NCBI GenBank assembly: GCA_039808985.1
Contig: JBDHUC010000006.1
Location: forward strand, 20,261 to 84,260
DNA from: Alphaproteobacteria bacterium
GTDB taxonomy: Bacteria; Pseudomonadota; Alphaproteobacteria; Rickettsiales; SXRF01
Direction of reading: 5' to 3'
Length of the DNA: 64,000 nucleotides
Made by a program: the position numbers and the translations under genes. The notes under the pieces are model-generated. The model worked only from the letters and a program-made list of their open reading frames with translations, had not been told where the DNA came from and ran no database searches. Positions 34,548 to 43,867 of this stretch are shown piece by piece; within the stretch, counting starts at the first letter, position 1, and every line of letters begins with the position of its first letter.

Positions 34548-35129
34548 ATGAATAACCGCATCTGGATATGGGTTGGAATAGGGCTTATTGCTTTATTTAT
34601 CGTAAGTGGAATAAATACCATTCCTTCCTTAGACGAAAAAGTGAATGCCTCATGGGCTCAGGTTCAGAATAATTACCAGCGGCGCATGGATCTTATACCA
34701 AATCTTGTAGAAACCGTAAAAGGCTCTGCAAGCTTTGAGCAAAAAACCCTGACCGATGTTATTAATGCGCGCTCTAATGCTACAAAAGTAACGTTGAACG
34801 CTGAGAATTTAAGCGACCCTGAGGCAGTGAAAAATTTTGAACTGGCGCAGGGAAAATTAAGCTATGCCCTGTCACGCCTGCTGGTTTCAGTGGAAAAATA
34901 CCCTGACCTTAAGGCAAATAATAATTTCATCGCCCTGCAATCACAGCTTGAAGGCACTGAAAACCGCATAGCGGTTTCACGCAAGGATTATATAGAAACC
35001 ATACAGGAATATAACACAAAGGTGCGTACATTTCCCGGCGCTATCTGGGCGTTGATTTACGGGGCGAAACCCAAGCAATCATTTGTAGCGACTGAAGGAG
35101 CTTCCAGCCCACCCGCTGTTAAATTCTAA
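34548..35129 (+). CDS. lemA: LemA family protein
   Basis: 193 aa from the ATG at 34548 (GGAG SD upstream). An N-terminal TM, then NYQRRMDLIPNLVETVKG and VEKYPDLKAN, which are LemA hallmarks. Confidence 0.85.
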   Translation: MNNRIWIWVGIGLIALFIVSGINTIPSLDEKVNASWAQVQNNYQRRMDLIPNLVETVKGSASFEQKTLTDVINARSNATKVTLNAENLSDPEAVKNFELAQGKLSYALSRLLVSVEKYPDLKANNNFIALQSQLEGTENRIAVSRKDYIETIQEYNTKVRTFPGAIWALIYGAKPKQSFVATEGASSPPAVKF

Positions 35130-35131
35130 AA

Positions 35132-35857
35132 ATGCTTAAATTGTTCAGGCACGGTTTTTTGCCACTGCTTATATGGATGGTGATTGCTGCGCCAGTATTT
35201 TCGGCTATTAATTTTCCTGAACTTAGCGGAAGGGTTGTTGATGCTGCGCATATCTTATCGCCTGCAACTATTGCCGGATTGAGCCAGAAACTAGAGGATT
35301 ATGAGCGTGGAACCAGCAACCAGCTTGTTGTTGTAACCATATCGTCTTTGGGCGGATATGACATAAGTGATTATGGCTACCAGTTGGGGCGCAAATGGCA
35401 GATAGGCCAGAAATCTAAAAATAACGGGGTGTTGTTTATAATAGCCCCCGCCGAACATAAGGTACGGATAGAAGTAGGCTATGGGTTGGAGGAGCTTCTT
35501 ACCGATGCGGCTGCCAGCGCGATAATTCATAATATAATAATTCCTGATTTCCGGGCTGGTAAAATGGAGCAGGGCGTAATTGATGGTACGCAGGCAATAC
35601 TAGATGTGCTTGGGGGCAAGCCGGTCGCAACGCAGGGTGGGAATTCAGGGCAGTCAGCCCCGCAGCTTATATTAACGCTGTTCTTCCTGTTCATATTTTT
35701 CCGCTTCGCCATGCGTTATTCATTTCTTGAAGCGATGATTTTAGCTGGCAATTCTTCACGTTTTGGTGGGCAGCGTTCAGGAGGATGGTCTGGCGGTGGC
35801 GGATTTAGCGGCGGTGGCGGCAGTTTTGGTGGCGGAGGTTCATCCGGATCATGGTAG
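35132..35857 (+). CDS. TPM-domain protein (YgcG-like) with a Gly-rich C-terminal tail
   Basis: 241 aa. Signal peptide, TPM motif NQLVVVTISSLGG...NGVLFIIAPAEHKVRIEVGYG, a TM segment, and a GGGGSFGGGG tail. Confidence 0.8.
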   Translation: MLKLFRHGFLPLLIWMVIAAPVFSAINFPELSGRVVDAAHILSPATIAGLSQKLEDYERGTSNQLVVVTISSLGGYDISDYGYQLGRKWQIGQKSKNNGVLFIIAPAEHKVRIEVGYGLEELLTDAAASAIIHNIIIPDFRAGKMEQGVIDGTQAILDVLGGKPVATQGGNSGQSAPQLILTLFFLFIFFRFAMRYSFLEAMILAGNSSRFGGQRSGGWSGGGGFSGGGGSFGGGGSSGSW

Positions 35858-36471
35858 TAAAACTGACAGATGCTGATAAGCAGTTAATTTCTTCTGCAAT
35901 AGCTAAAGCCGAGCGTATAACCTCGGCAGAGATAGCAGTTGTCATAGCTCCCGCCAGCGATGCTTATACGAGCCATATTTTTTCAATTGGGCTTTTAGCT
36001 GGCAGCCTTATAGCAACTGGCTATTGGTTTGCAGGGATGGCAACATATTTCCCATTTTTACTTTTTATACAATTGTCAGTCATCTGTGCTATTTCTTGTT
36101 CACCCATCCTGCGCAATTTCTGCTTGCGCTTAATTCCAAAAAACATCCAGATTCACCGCGCATCGCATCGGGCCTATGCTGAATATATGGCAGTTTCGCG
36201 TAATGTCCCGGCGTCTGTTCCGGTTGTGTTATTATATATTTCTCTGGCTGAGCATTATTCACATATAATAACGGGAAGCCTGGTTAACGAAAAAATACTG
36301 GGCAGCATATGGGAAAATGTGATAAAAGAATTTACGGTGGAAATGCAAAAATCCCCAGTTTGCGATTCCTGCGTTAATGCAATAGCAAAAATTTCAGAGC
36401 TGCTGGTGCCATATTTTCCTGCGGGTAAAAATCAGAATTATATAAGCGACCATATTATTGAAACAAAATAA
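35851..36471 (+). CDS. TPM-domain-like membrane protein
   Basis: 206 aa. N-terminus AIAKAERITSAEIAVVIAP (TPM-like). Overlaps the previous gene. This is the usual third member of LemA-TPM-TPM triads. Confidence 0.6.
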   Translation: MVVKLTDADKQLISSAIAKAERITSAEIAVVIAPASDAYTSHIFSIGLLAGSLIATGYWFAGMATYFPFLLFIQLSVICAISCSPILRNFCLRLIPKNIQIHRASHRAYAEYMAVSRNVPASVPVVLLYISLAEHYSHIITGSLVNEKILGSIWENVIKEFTVEMQKSPVCDSCVNAIAKISELLVPYFPAGKNQNYISDHIIETK

Positions 36472-36484
36472 GTAGGAGCTGGTT

Positions 36485-38332
36485 ATGAACGAAAAAAACA
36501 GCTTTTGGGAATCGGTGGCTGAAAGGCTTGAATGGAAAACGCGCTGGAAAAGTGTGGATAATTCAGATTTTAAAACCGGGGTCATAAAATGGTTCGAAGG
36601 TGGAAAATTAAGCGTTTCTGCAAATTGTATAGATAGGCATTTGCATGCCCATCCTGATAAGATAGCTATAATCTGGGAAAGTGATGATGGCCGCGAGAGC
36701 CGCGAGATAACCTACCGGGAATTGCACCGCGAAGTATGCAAGGCGGCAAATGCTTTGGTTGCGCTGGGGGTGGAGGCTGGTGAGTGCGTAACTATATATT
36801 TGCCGATGATACCGGAAGCTGCAATTGCAATGCTTGCCTGCTGCCGTATAGGTGCGGTGCATTCGGTGGTATTTGGCGGGTTTTCAGCGCAGGCGCTGAA
36901 TAGCCGGATAATGGATGCGAAAAGCCGTATTGTAATCACTGCCGATGAAGGGCTGCGCGGCGGCAGGCATATACCGCTGAAAGATACAGTGGACGAGGCT
37001 ATAGAAGGTACTGGCGTAGAAAAAATATTAGTGGTGCAGCGTACCGGCGCTGATATAAAATTTAACCGTGGGCGCGATGCATGGTGGCATGAGGTGGTTG
37101 CAGCCGCAAGCCCGGAATTCCCTGTGCGCCATTTTGATTCCGAACATCCTTTATTCATACTCTATACTTCCGGTTCAACTGGCAAACCAAAAGGCTTGCT
37201 GCATAGCTGCGCTGGCTATCTTGCATGGGCTTCCTATACCCATGAGATTATATTTGATTTAAAACCATCCGATATTTTCTGGTGTACGGCTGATATAGGC
37301 TGGGTGACAGGGCATAGCTATACTCTATATGGGCCGCTTGCCAATGGCGCAACTACAGTAATGTTCGAGGGCATCCCGAATTATCCGAACCCTTCGCGCT
37401 TCTGGCAGGTAGTTGATAAATACAAGGTCACTATTTTTTACACTGCGCCTACTGCGATACGCGCGTTGATGCGCGAAGGCGAGGAATGGGTAAAAAAATC
37501 CAGCCGGGAATCGCTGCGTATCCTTGGCTCGGTCGGGGAACCGATAAACCCTGAGGCATGGCGCTGGTATAGTGAAGTTGTCGGGGGTGGCCGCCTGCCG
37601 ATAGTTGATACCTGGTGGCAGACTGAAACCGGCGCAACCCTTATCAGCCCGCTTGCAGGGAAAACTAAAACCAAACCTGGGTCGGCAACCTTGCCGCTTC
37701 CTGGAATCGAGCCGGTTCTTTTTGATGATAAGGGTAGGGTGGTTACGGGCGAAGGCGAGGGGGCTTTGTGCATTGCTGCCCCATGGCCCGGCCTTGCGCG
37801 CACAATTTACGGCGATCATGAACGTTACCGCCAGACTTACTTCAGTTCTTATCCTGGCTATTATTCCAGCGGCGATGGTGCCAGGCGGGATGCTGATGGC
37901 TATTACTGGATAACCGGCAGGATGGATGATGTATTGAATGTTTCCGGCCACAGGTTGGGAACGGCGGAAATAGAATCGGCACTGGTTGCACATCCCAAGG
38001 TCGCTGAGGCTGCTGTGGTTGGTGTTCCTCATGATATTAAGGGCGAGGGTATTTATGCTTATGTAACCCTAAATGGTGATATAGATATTTCAGGTGAAAA
38101 ATCTGCGCATATAAAAACAGAGCTGAAAGTCTGGGTAAGGGGGCAAATAGGAGCCATAGCCATTCCTGATTTTATACAGTTTGCGCCACAACTGCCGAAA
38201 ACCCGGTCTGGCAAGATAATGCGACGTATCCTGCGCAAGATAGCGGCAGGAGAAAGCAGTCAGATAGGTGATACAACCACGCTTCTCAACCCGGAAGCCA
38301 TAGAAAGTCTTGTGGCAGGAAGGTTATCATAA
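36485..38332 (+). CDS. acs: acetyl-CoA synthetase
   Basis: 615 aa. AMP-binding motif [11 protein letters not shown] and a C-terminal [17 protein letters not shown] containing the Acs acetylation-site lysine context. Confidence 0.92.
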   Translation: MNEKNSFWESVAERLEWKTRWKSVDNSDFKTGVIKWFEGGKLSVSANCIDRHLHAHPDKIAIIWESDDGRESREITYRELHREVCKAANALVALGVEAGECVTIYLPMIPEAAIAMLACCRIGAVHSVVFGGFSAQALNSRIMDAKSRIVITADEGLRGGRHIPLKDTVDEAIEGTGVEKILVVQRTGADIKFNRGRDAWWHEVVAAASPEFPVRHFDSEHPLFILYTSGSTGKPKGLLHSCAGYLAWASYTHEIIFDLKPSDIFWCTADIGWVTGHSYTLYGPLANGATTVMFEGIPNYPNPSRFWQVVDKYKVTIFYTAPTAIRALMREGEEWVKKSSRESLRILGSVGEPINPEAWRWYSEVVGGGRLPIVDTWWQTETGATLISPLAGKTKTKPGSATLPLPGIEPVLFDDKGRVVTGEGEGALCIAAPWPGLARTIYGDHERYRQTYFSSYPGYYSSGDGARRDADGYYWITGRMDDVLNVSGHRLGTAEIESALVAHPKVAEAAVVGVPHDIKGEGIYAYVTLNGDIDISGEKSAHIKTELKVWVRGQIGAIAIPDFIQFAPQLPKTRSGKIMRRILRKIAAGESSQIGDTTTLLNPEAIESLVAGRLS

Positions 38333-38458
38333 AAAAACATTATAGATATAAATATATATATGAATTTTATATATTCAGCATTAAACACTATATCTAGTAT
38401 TAAGTTTAAAATAAGTTCTTAAATTATATCAAAATAAAAAATAACAGGAGAATGTCAT

Positions 38459-39256
38459 ATGGCAAACAATGGAATGCTTAGCGGTAAAAATGCGATTGTA
38501 ACCGGTTCAACCAGTGGTATAGGGCTTGCAATAGCACATGTGCTTGCTTCCAAAGGCTGCAATATAATGATAAATGGCATGGGCGAAAAAAGTGTTATCG
38601 ACGCTTTGGTTGCCGAACTTCCTCAGAAATATGGTGTTAAGACCTTTTATGATGGCGCGGATATGAGCAAGCCAGCCGAAATACGTAATATGGTTGCAGA
38701 TTGCGAAAAAAAACTAGGCAGTGTTGATATATTAGTAAACAATGCAGGAATCCAGTTTACTGCTCCTGTTGAGGAATTTCCGGAAGCTAAATGGGATGCA
38801 ATTATCGCTATCAATCTTTCTGCCAGCTTCCATAGTATTAAAGCCGCCCTTCCTGGTATGCGCAAACGCAATTTCGGTAGAATAGTAAACATTGCTTCGG
38901 CCCATGGCCTGGTTGCATCCGAGCACAAAGCAGCATATGTTTCGGCAAAACATGGCATAGTCGGGCTTACTAAAGTGGTTGCCCTTGAGGCTGCGGAAGC
39001 GAATATAACCTGCAATGCCATCTGTCCGGGATGGGTTTACACGCCGCTGGTGCAGAAGCAGATTGAGGATAAGGCAAAAGAGGAAAATACCACAGTGGAA
39101 AAAGCAACTGCCAATCTGCTTGGTGAAAAGCAGCCCAACAAGCGCTTCGTGAAACCTGAAAATATAGGCGGGTTGATAGCCTTCCTCTGTAGTGAGGATG
39201 GAAACCCGATGACTGGTGAAATATTGTCTATTGATGGTGGCTGGACAGCGCAGTAA
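38459..39256 (+). CDS. bdhA: 3-hydroxybutyrate dehydrogenase (SDR)
   Basis: 265 aa. TGSTSGIGLAIA, NNAGIQ, and the catalytic YVSAKHG. The C-terminal end is typical of BdhA. Confidence 0.8.
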   Translation: MANNGMLSGKNAIVTGSTSGIGLAIAHVLASKGCNIMINGMGEKSVIDALVAELPQKYGVKTFYDGADMSKPAEIRNMVADCEKKLGSVDILVNNAGIQFTAPVEEFPEAKWDAIIAINLSASFHSIKAALPGMRKRNFGRIVNIASAHGLVASEHKAAYVSAKHGIVGLTKVVALEAAEANITCNAICPGWVYTPLVQKQIEDKAKEENTTVEKATANLLGEKQPNKRFVKPENIGGLIAFLCSEDGNPMTGEILSIDGGWTAQ

Positions 39257-39274
39257 AATTTGTACCAGCCGCAT

Positions 39275-41038
39275 ATGAAAAGCGAAATAAAAAGTGAGAA
39301 AATACTTGTAGGAAAAATATTCTCTGAGATGTGGTTTCGGATACCTGAATACCAGCGCCCTTATGTGTGGGGCAACGACCAGGTAATGGAACTTCTGGAA
39401 GATACTTGCTACGCTATGCTTGAGAAGCCTGACTCGGAGTACTTCCTTGGTTCATTCGTTTTTCAATCTCACAAAAAAAACAGTAGTGACGGTATCGAGT
39501 TTATAGAGAACGATCTATTAGACGGTCAGCAGAGGATAACAACAATGCTGCTTATTTTCTCTGTGTTAAGAGATCGTGTAGAAGATCGGAAGGCACAGAA
39601 GAGATGCCAGAAATGCATTTTTCAGGAGTCTGATGAATATGATAATAACCCGGAACGTTCGAGAATAATATTTGAGATAAGGCAGGAGCCTTTTGATTTT
39701 ATTGAATCCCTATCAAAAACCAAGGGATTTACAAAAAGCCAAAAGATTTCCTTTTACGAAGAAAAAGCTCAGGATGTTTCTGTTAGAAACATGGCAAGAG
39801 CAATCCGTTTTATAAATCAGTTTTTTGATGAAAAAAACGGCCAGATTAAACCGGAAGATTATCTAAAGTTCCTTCTGAATAATGTGTTGTTCATTTACGT
39901 TTCTACGGAAAATCTTGAGGATGCTTTCAGGTTGTTCACAATACTAAATGATAGAGGTATGCCGCTTCGTAACAGTGATATTCTTAAATCCATCAATCTT
40001 GGAGCCCTACAAACAGACCAAGAAAAAAAGAAATATGCTTCTCTTTGGGAAAATGCAGAAAGTGAATTAGGAGAAGATTTTGATCGCTTTTTGAGCCATG
40101 TGAGAACAATCCTGGTCAAAGAGAAGGCACGACTCAGTCTTTTGCAGGAATACGAAGATAAAATCTATGACCCGAAAGAGAAAGAAAAAGCGACTGGCCA
40201 CAAGAAGCCGGCTTTGCTGAAGAAAGGTAAGGAAACATTTGAGTTGATAAAACGCCACTTAGAAAATTATCAGCAAATTATTTCTGGGAATAATTACGAT
40301 ATCACAGGTGATTTCAGGTTTGATAATCTCATCAAGACAATGTTAGTCGGGCTTCCTTCTACTGATTGGCTTCCACCTTTGTTGCGCTATTATGAGAAAT
40401 TCGAGGGTAAAGCCGTATTCGATTTTCTGACATTGCTTGATAATAAATTCTCGGCTGACTGGATCGTGCAATTAACGCCTACGGCTCGCATTGAAGCGAT
40501 GAACGATATTATCAAGGAGATAGACACCAAAGATCGCTTTGAGGATGTGCTTCAGTCTGAAAAACTCATGTTTGATTCTAATAAGTTATTCAGCGAATTG
40601 AATGGAAAAATATATGGCAGACGTTTTGCGCGGTATGTGCTGCTGAAACTGGATTATCTTTATCAGGATCACAGCCACAAAATGAATCATGAAACCATTT
40701 CAGTGGAGCATATTTTGCCGCAAAATCCCGCTACAGATAGCCAGTGGTGTATTGATTTTACTGAAGAACAGAGGCAAAATTTAACCGATACACTTGGTAA
40801 TCTGGTTATTATAAGCATGAAAAAGAATACATCGCAAGGAAGGCTGGACTACAAGCAGAAAAAAGAAAAATATTTCAAGGAAAGAATCAGTACATGCCCA
40901 AATTCCCTGCGTGTTCTTAATCAAAACGACAAGTGGGATGCGGTTGCCTTGGAAAATAACCGCAAGGAATGTGTAAAAAAACTAAAAGAACATTATTCCT
41001 TCCATGACAAAATGAACATTTTGAGTGAGGCAGCGTAA
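39275..41038 (+). CDS. GmrSD-like DUF262 (ParB/Srx-like NTPase)/DUF1524 (His-Me finger nuclease) protein
   Basis: About 587 aa from the ATG at 39275 (a TTG at 39260 is also possible). DUF262 motifs YQRPYVWGNDQ and DGQQRITT. The C-terminal SVEHILPQNP...LGNLVIISMKKN is typical of DUF1524. Confidence 0.8.
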   Translation: MKSEIKSEKILVGKIFSEMWFRIPEYQRPYVWGNDQVMELLEDTCYAMLEKPDSEYFLGSFVFQSHKKNSSDGIEFIENDLLDGQQRITTMLLIFSVLRDRVEDRKAQKRCQKCIFQESDEYDNNPERSRIIFEIRQEPFDFIESLSKTKGFTKSQKISFYEEKAQDVSVRNMARAIRFINQFFDEKNGQIKPEDYLKFLLNNVLFIYVSTENLEDAFRLFTILNDRGMPLRNSDILKSINLGALQTDQEKKKYASLWENAESELGEDFDRFLSHVRTILVKEKARLSLLQEYEDKIYDPKEKEKATGHKKPALLKKGKETFELIKRHLENYQQIISGNNYDITGDFRFDNLIKTMLVGLPSTDWLPPLLRYYEKFEGKAVFDFLTLLDNKFSADWIVQLTPTARIEAMNDIIKEIDTKDRFEDVLQSEKLMFDSNKLFSELNGKIYGRRFARYVLLKLDYLYQDHSHKMNHETISVEHILPQNPATDSQWCIDFTEEQRQNLTDTLGNLVIISMKKNTSQGRLDYKQKKEKYFKERISTCPNSLRVLNQNDKWDAVALENNRKECVKKLKEHYSFHDKMNILSEAA

Positions 41039-41259
41039 TGACTCTTGAGCAGGCTTCAAAACTCTTGGCAGAGATGTATGGAAAGGCGGCTGCCAAGGAA
41101 AAGGCCGTATCCATACATCTTTTTGCAATAAAATATGCAGACCATATTGACGGGATGTCGGCTAAGGATATTGCTGTTGGTGCTGGACTTCCGGAGTCAT
41201 ACAAAACCGAGCTGCGTAAGGGTATTAATCTTGCCAGATATGTTAAGTTGAAGATCTGA
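41038..41259 (+). CDS. hypothetical 73-aa protein translationally coupled to the GmrSD-like gene
   Basis: The ATG overlaps the upstream TAA (TAATG). Predicted all-helical and basic at the C-terminus. No family was recognised. Confidence 0.5.
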   Translation: MTLEQASKLLAEMYGKAAAKEKAVSIHLFAIKYADHIDGMSAKDIAVGAGLPESYKTELRKGINLARYVKLKI

Positions 41260-41271
41260 GCCATTCTCGCA

Positions 41272-41970
41272 TTATTTTAACCCTGTCCAGTTATCCAGCA
41301 GCCTGAACAATGCAGCCTTGCAGGCAGGAATATTGTGCATATTTTTCCTTATTATTTCTGCTGTCTGGATGCTGGCTGAGCTTGCGGCAATTTCATCTGC
41401 GCAGTTTATAATCATATTATCAACTGCCGTTTCATCCATTTCCATATGGAATTGCAAGCCCAGCACCCGGTCTTTGTAAAGGAATGCCTGGTTGGCGCAG
41501 GCTTTGCTGGATGCCAGATGCAGCGCATCTTCGGGAATTGCAAATTGTTCCCCGTGCCAGTGCAGTACGTTAATTGCGGCATTAAGCCCTGAAATTATTT
41601 TATGCCCCATAGATAAGTCGCTCCACGCAATCGGAAACCAGCCGATTTCTTTTGCCGGTGCCTTGCTGACCTGCGCTCCTGAAACATCTGCGATAAGTTG
41701 CGCGCCGAGGCAGACGCCTAATACATGTTTTCCGGCATTTATAGCCTCTTTGATATGTTTTTTTTCTCCCTCCAGCCAGTCATAATCCGCAACATCATGC
41801 ACACTCATCGGCCCGCCCATTATGACCAGCGCATCATAATCATCTATGCTGGGCATATTATGGGCTTCATAAAATTTAGTGCTGGAAATTTCATATTTTC
41901 TTTCCTGCGCCCATTTAAGGATAAGGGCAGGGGATTCAAAGTTAATATGCTGGAAATAATGTATTTTCAT
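41272..41970 (-). CDS. class I glutamine amidotransferase (GMP synthase-like GATase1)
   Basis: 232 aa. Nucleophile elbow LGVCLGAQL and the His/Glu region LQFHMEMD. Confidence 0.8.
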   Translation of the reverse strand: MKIHYFQHINFESPALILKWAQERKYEISSTKFYEAHNMPSIDDYDALVIMGGPMSVHDVADYDWLEGEKKHIKEAINAGKHVLGVCLGAQLIADVSGAQVSKAPAKEIGWFPIAWSDLSMGHKIISGLNAAINVLHWHGEQFAIPEDALHLASSKACANQAFLYKDRVLGLQFHMEMDETAVDNMIINCADEIAASSASIQTAEIIRKNMHNIPACKAALFRLLDNWTGLK

Positions 41971-42018
41971 AATAATCCTTATTTATAGTTTTTTGCAGGT
42001 TATAGCCAAAATCATAGC

Positions 42019-42058
42019 TTGACAATAAGGCTGTTTTAGTTATTATTAGGACTCCTAA
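42019..42058 (+). promoter_or_regulatory. sigma70-like promoter (TTGACA-N16-TATTAT) with an overlapping 13-bp palindrome TTAGGA-C-TCCTAA (candidate MarR operator)
   Basis: -35 at 42019-42024, -10 at 42041-42046, and a perfect palindrome at 42046-42058. It lies ~50 nt upstream of the first gene of the trx-like/DUF2024/redoxin/marR cluster. Confidence 0.5.
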
Positions 42059-42103
42059 CTAATAGGAATTTTATTTACTGTAACTAATCAATAGGAGTGT
42101 TTT

Positions 42104-42352
42104 ATGACAAACAAAGCGACATTTTATCATGCTGGTTGCCCGGTCTGCGTTTCTGCGGAACAGCAGGTTCTTGATATTATTGATTCATCCAAAGTGAATC
42201 TTGAAGTGGTGCATTTCGCTAATGCCAAGGGGCGCATTGCTGAAGCTGAAAAGCTCGGCGTTAAATCAGTTCCTGCGTTGGTTATTGATGGCAATGTTCT
42301 GCACATTAATTATGGCGCCAGCATGGAAGATGTAAAAAAAGCGGTAGCTTAA
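42104..42352 (+). CDS. small thioredoxin-fold protein (glutaredoxin/MTH895-like)
   Basis: 82 aa. CPVC active-site motif near the N-terminus, and VPALVIDG (cis-Pro loop). Confidence 0.7.
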   Translation: MTNKATFYHAGCPVCVSAEQQVLDIIDSSKVNLEVVHFANAKGRIAEAEKLGVKSVPALVIDGNVLHINYGASMEDVKKAVA

Positions 42353-42415
42353 TCCCAATAAACAATCCCTGCAGGCCAACATCTGGTCTGCAGGGTTATC
42401 TCGCAGGTATTTTAT

Positions 42416-42685
42416 ATGATAATAGATGTCTATGATACATACTCTAAATTAGAAAACGGAAGCATAATACATTTTGACGTACTGCTTCCCGGAGGATCAA
42501 CTAAAGAAACCGCAATTAAATTTGCCCGTGAATTTCTGCAGGAAATTGGGGCGCCGGTTGAAATGCTGAAACAGGAACGGTGTAATTTCTGTCATTCACA
42601 GGATGCTCCTGGAGAAATAAAATCCTTTATCGAAAAGCATGGGCATTTTATATTGCAAATGGAAGGTTGCCCACAGCCACATTAA
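42416..42685 (+). CDS. DUF2024-family protein
   Basis: 89 aa. MIIDVYDTYSKLENGSIIHFDVLLP resembles the DUF2024 N-terminus. C-terminal CNFCHS. Confidence 0.5.
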   Translation: MIIDVYDTYSKLENGSIIHFDVLLPGGSTKETAIKFAREFLQEIGAPVEMLKQERCNFCHSQDAPGEIKSFIEKHGHFILQMEGCPQPH

Positions 42686-42701
42686 AAATTATCAATTCAG
42701 T

Positions 42702-43178
42702 ATGCATGATTTAATAACAGCGCCCGAATTTATCGTAAGTAAATGGCTTAACTGCGAAAAACCACTAAGCCTTGAAGCCTTGCGGGGCAAGGTGGTTATG
42801 GTTGTAGCTTTCCAGATGCTGTGCCCTGGCTGCGCTATTGAGGCGATACCGCAGGCCAATAAAATATTCGCATCATTTGCTGAAAAGGATCTCGCAGTTA
42901 TTGGCCTGCACACGGTATTTGAGCATCATGCTGCCATGCAGGAAGAATCGCTAAAAGCTTTTTTGCATGAATATAAGGTTGCATTCCCGGTTGCAATTGA
43001 TAAGCCAACAGAAGGCTATCCTATACCACACACTATGGGTATATACCAGATGCAGGGCACTCCCACCTTGCTGCTGATTGACAGGCAGGGCAGGCTCCGT
43101 ACAAATCATTTTGGCCATGTTCCGGATTTGTTGCTGGGTGCCGAGCTTATGAAACTTATTCTGGAAAAGCAGGAATAG
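42702..43178 (+). CDS. thioredoxin-fold redoxin (AhpC/TSA-TlpA-like)
   Basis: 158 aa from the ATG at 42702. FQMLCPGC active site and GTPTLLLIDRQG. Confidence 0.7.
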   Translation: MHDLITAPEFIVSKWLNCEKPLSLEALRGKVVMVVAFQMLCPGCAIEAIPQANKIFASFAEKDLAVIGLHTVFEHHAAMQEESLKAFLHEYKVAFPVAIDKPTEGYPIPHTMGIYQMQGTPTLLLIDRQGRLRTNHFGHVPDLLLGAELMKLILEKQE

Positions 43179-43793
43179 ATGGCCAGCGCATTTGACAGGA
43201 ACGAGCAGCAGGTAAACCGAAATGCCAAAATAATCGCTGGCATTGAACGGTTATCGACATTATTCCGTGCTGCGTTATGGGAAGAAGCCAAGCAATATAA
43301 TCTAAGCCCGTTGCAGGTTCAGATATTATTATTCATTGCCTTTCACGATGCAAAACAATGCAGTGTCACTGGCCTGGCGCGTGAATTTGCCGTAACCAAG
43401 GCCACGATAAGTGATGCGGTTAAGGTCCTGCTGGAAAAGGAGTTATTGAAAAAAATATCCGGTGAGGATGCGCGTGGTTTTCTGCTGGCCCTTAGCGCAA
43501 CTGGCAAAAAATATGTCACCGGCCTGTCCGGGTTTGGCGATTTTTTTGCACATTCCCTGTCCGATATGCCAGAGCAGGAATTAAGCAGGATATGGGAAGG
43601 TGTATTGCTGCTCATCGGTAATTTGCAGAAAACCAGCATGATACCGATGCGGATGTGTTATAACTGCCAGCATTTTGGCAAAGACTATCCCGGTGGCAAT
43701 CCTCATTTCTGCAAGCTTATGCAAAAGCCTCTGGCAATTGAAAATATACGCCTCGACTGCCCCGAGCATGTTGCGCATCATGCTGGTATATAA
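43179..43793 (+). CDS. MarR-family regulator with a C-terminal Cys-rich extension
   Basis: 204 aa. wHTH LSPLQVQILLFIA...VTGLAREFAVTKATISDAV. The extension is CYNCQHF...HFC...LDCPEH. Confidence 0.75.
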   Translation: MASAFDRNEQQVNRNAKIIAGIERLSTLFRAALWEEAKQYNLSPLQVQILLFIAFHDAKQCSVTGLAREFAVTKATISDAVKVLLEKELLKKISGEDARGFLLALSATGKKYVTGLSGFGDFFAHSLSDMPEQELSRIWEGVLLLIGNLQKTSMIPMRMCYNCQHFGKDYPGGNPHFCKLMQKPLAIENIRLDCPEHVAHHAGI

Positions 43794-43867
43794 CAATATT
43801 ACAGCAAGATAAATTTGTCACGAAACTGTAATTAGACAGCCTGGTGAATAAAAGTTAACCTGTCCGT

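Noticed and set aside
37325-38032. 235-aa minus-strand ORF and neighbours antisense to acs
   Set aside because: They lie entirely inside the well-supported acetyl-CoA synthetase gene. The composition is typical of antisense frames.
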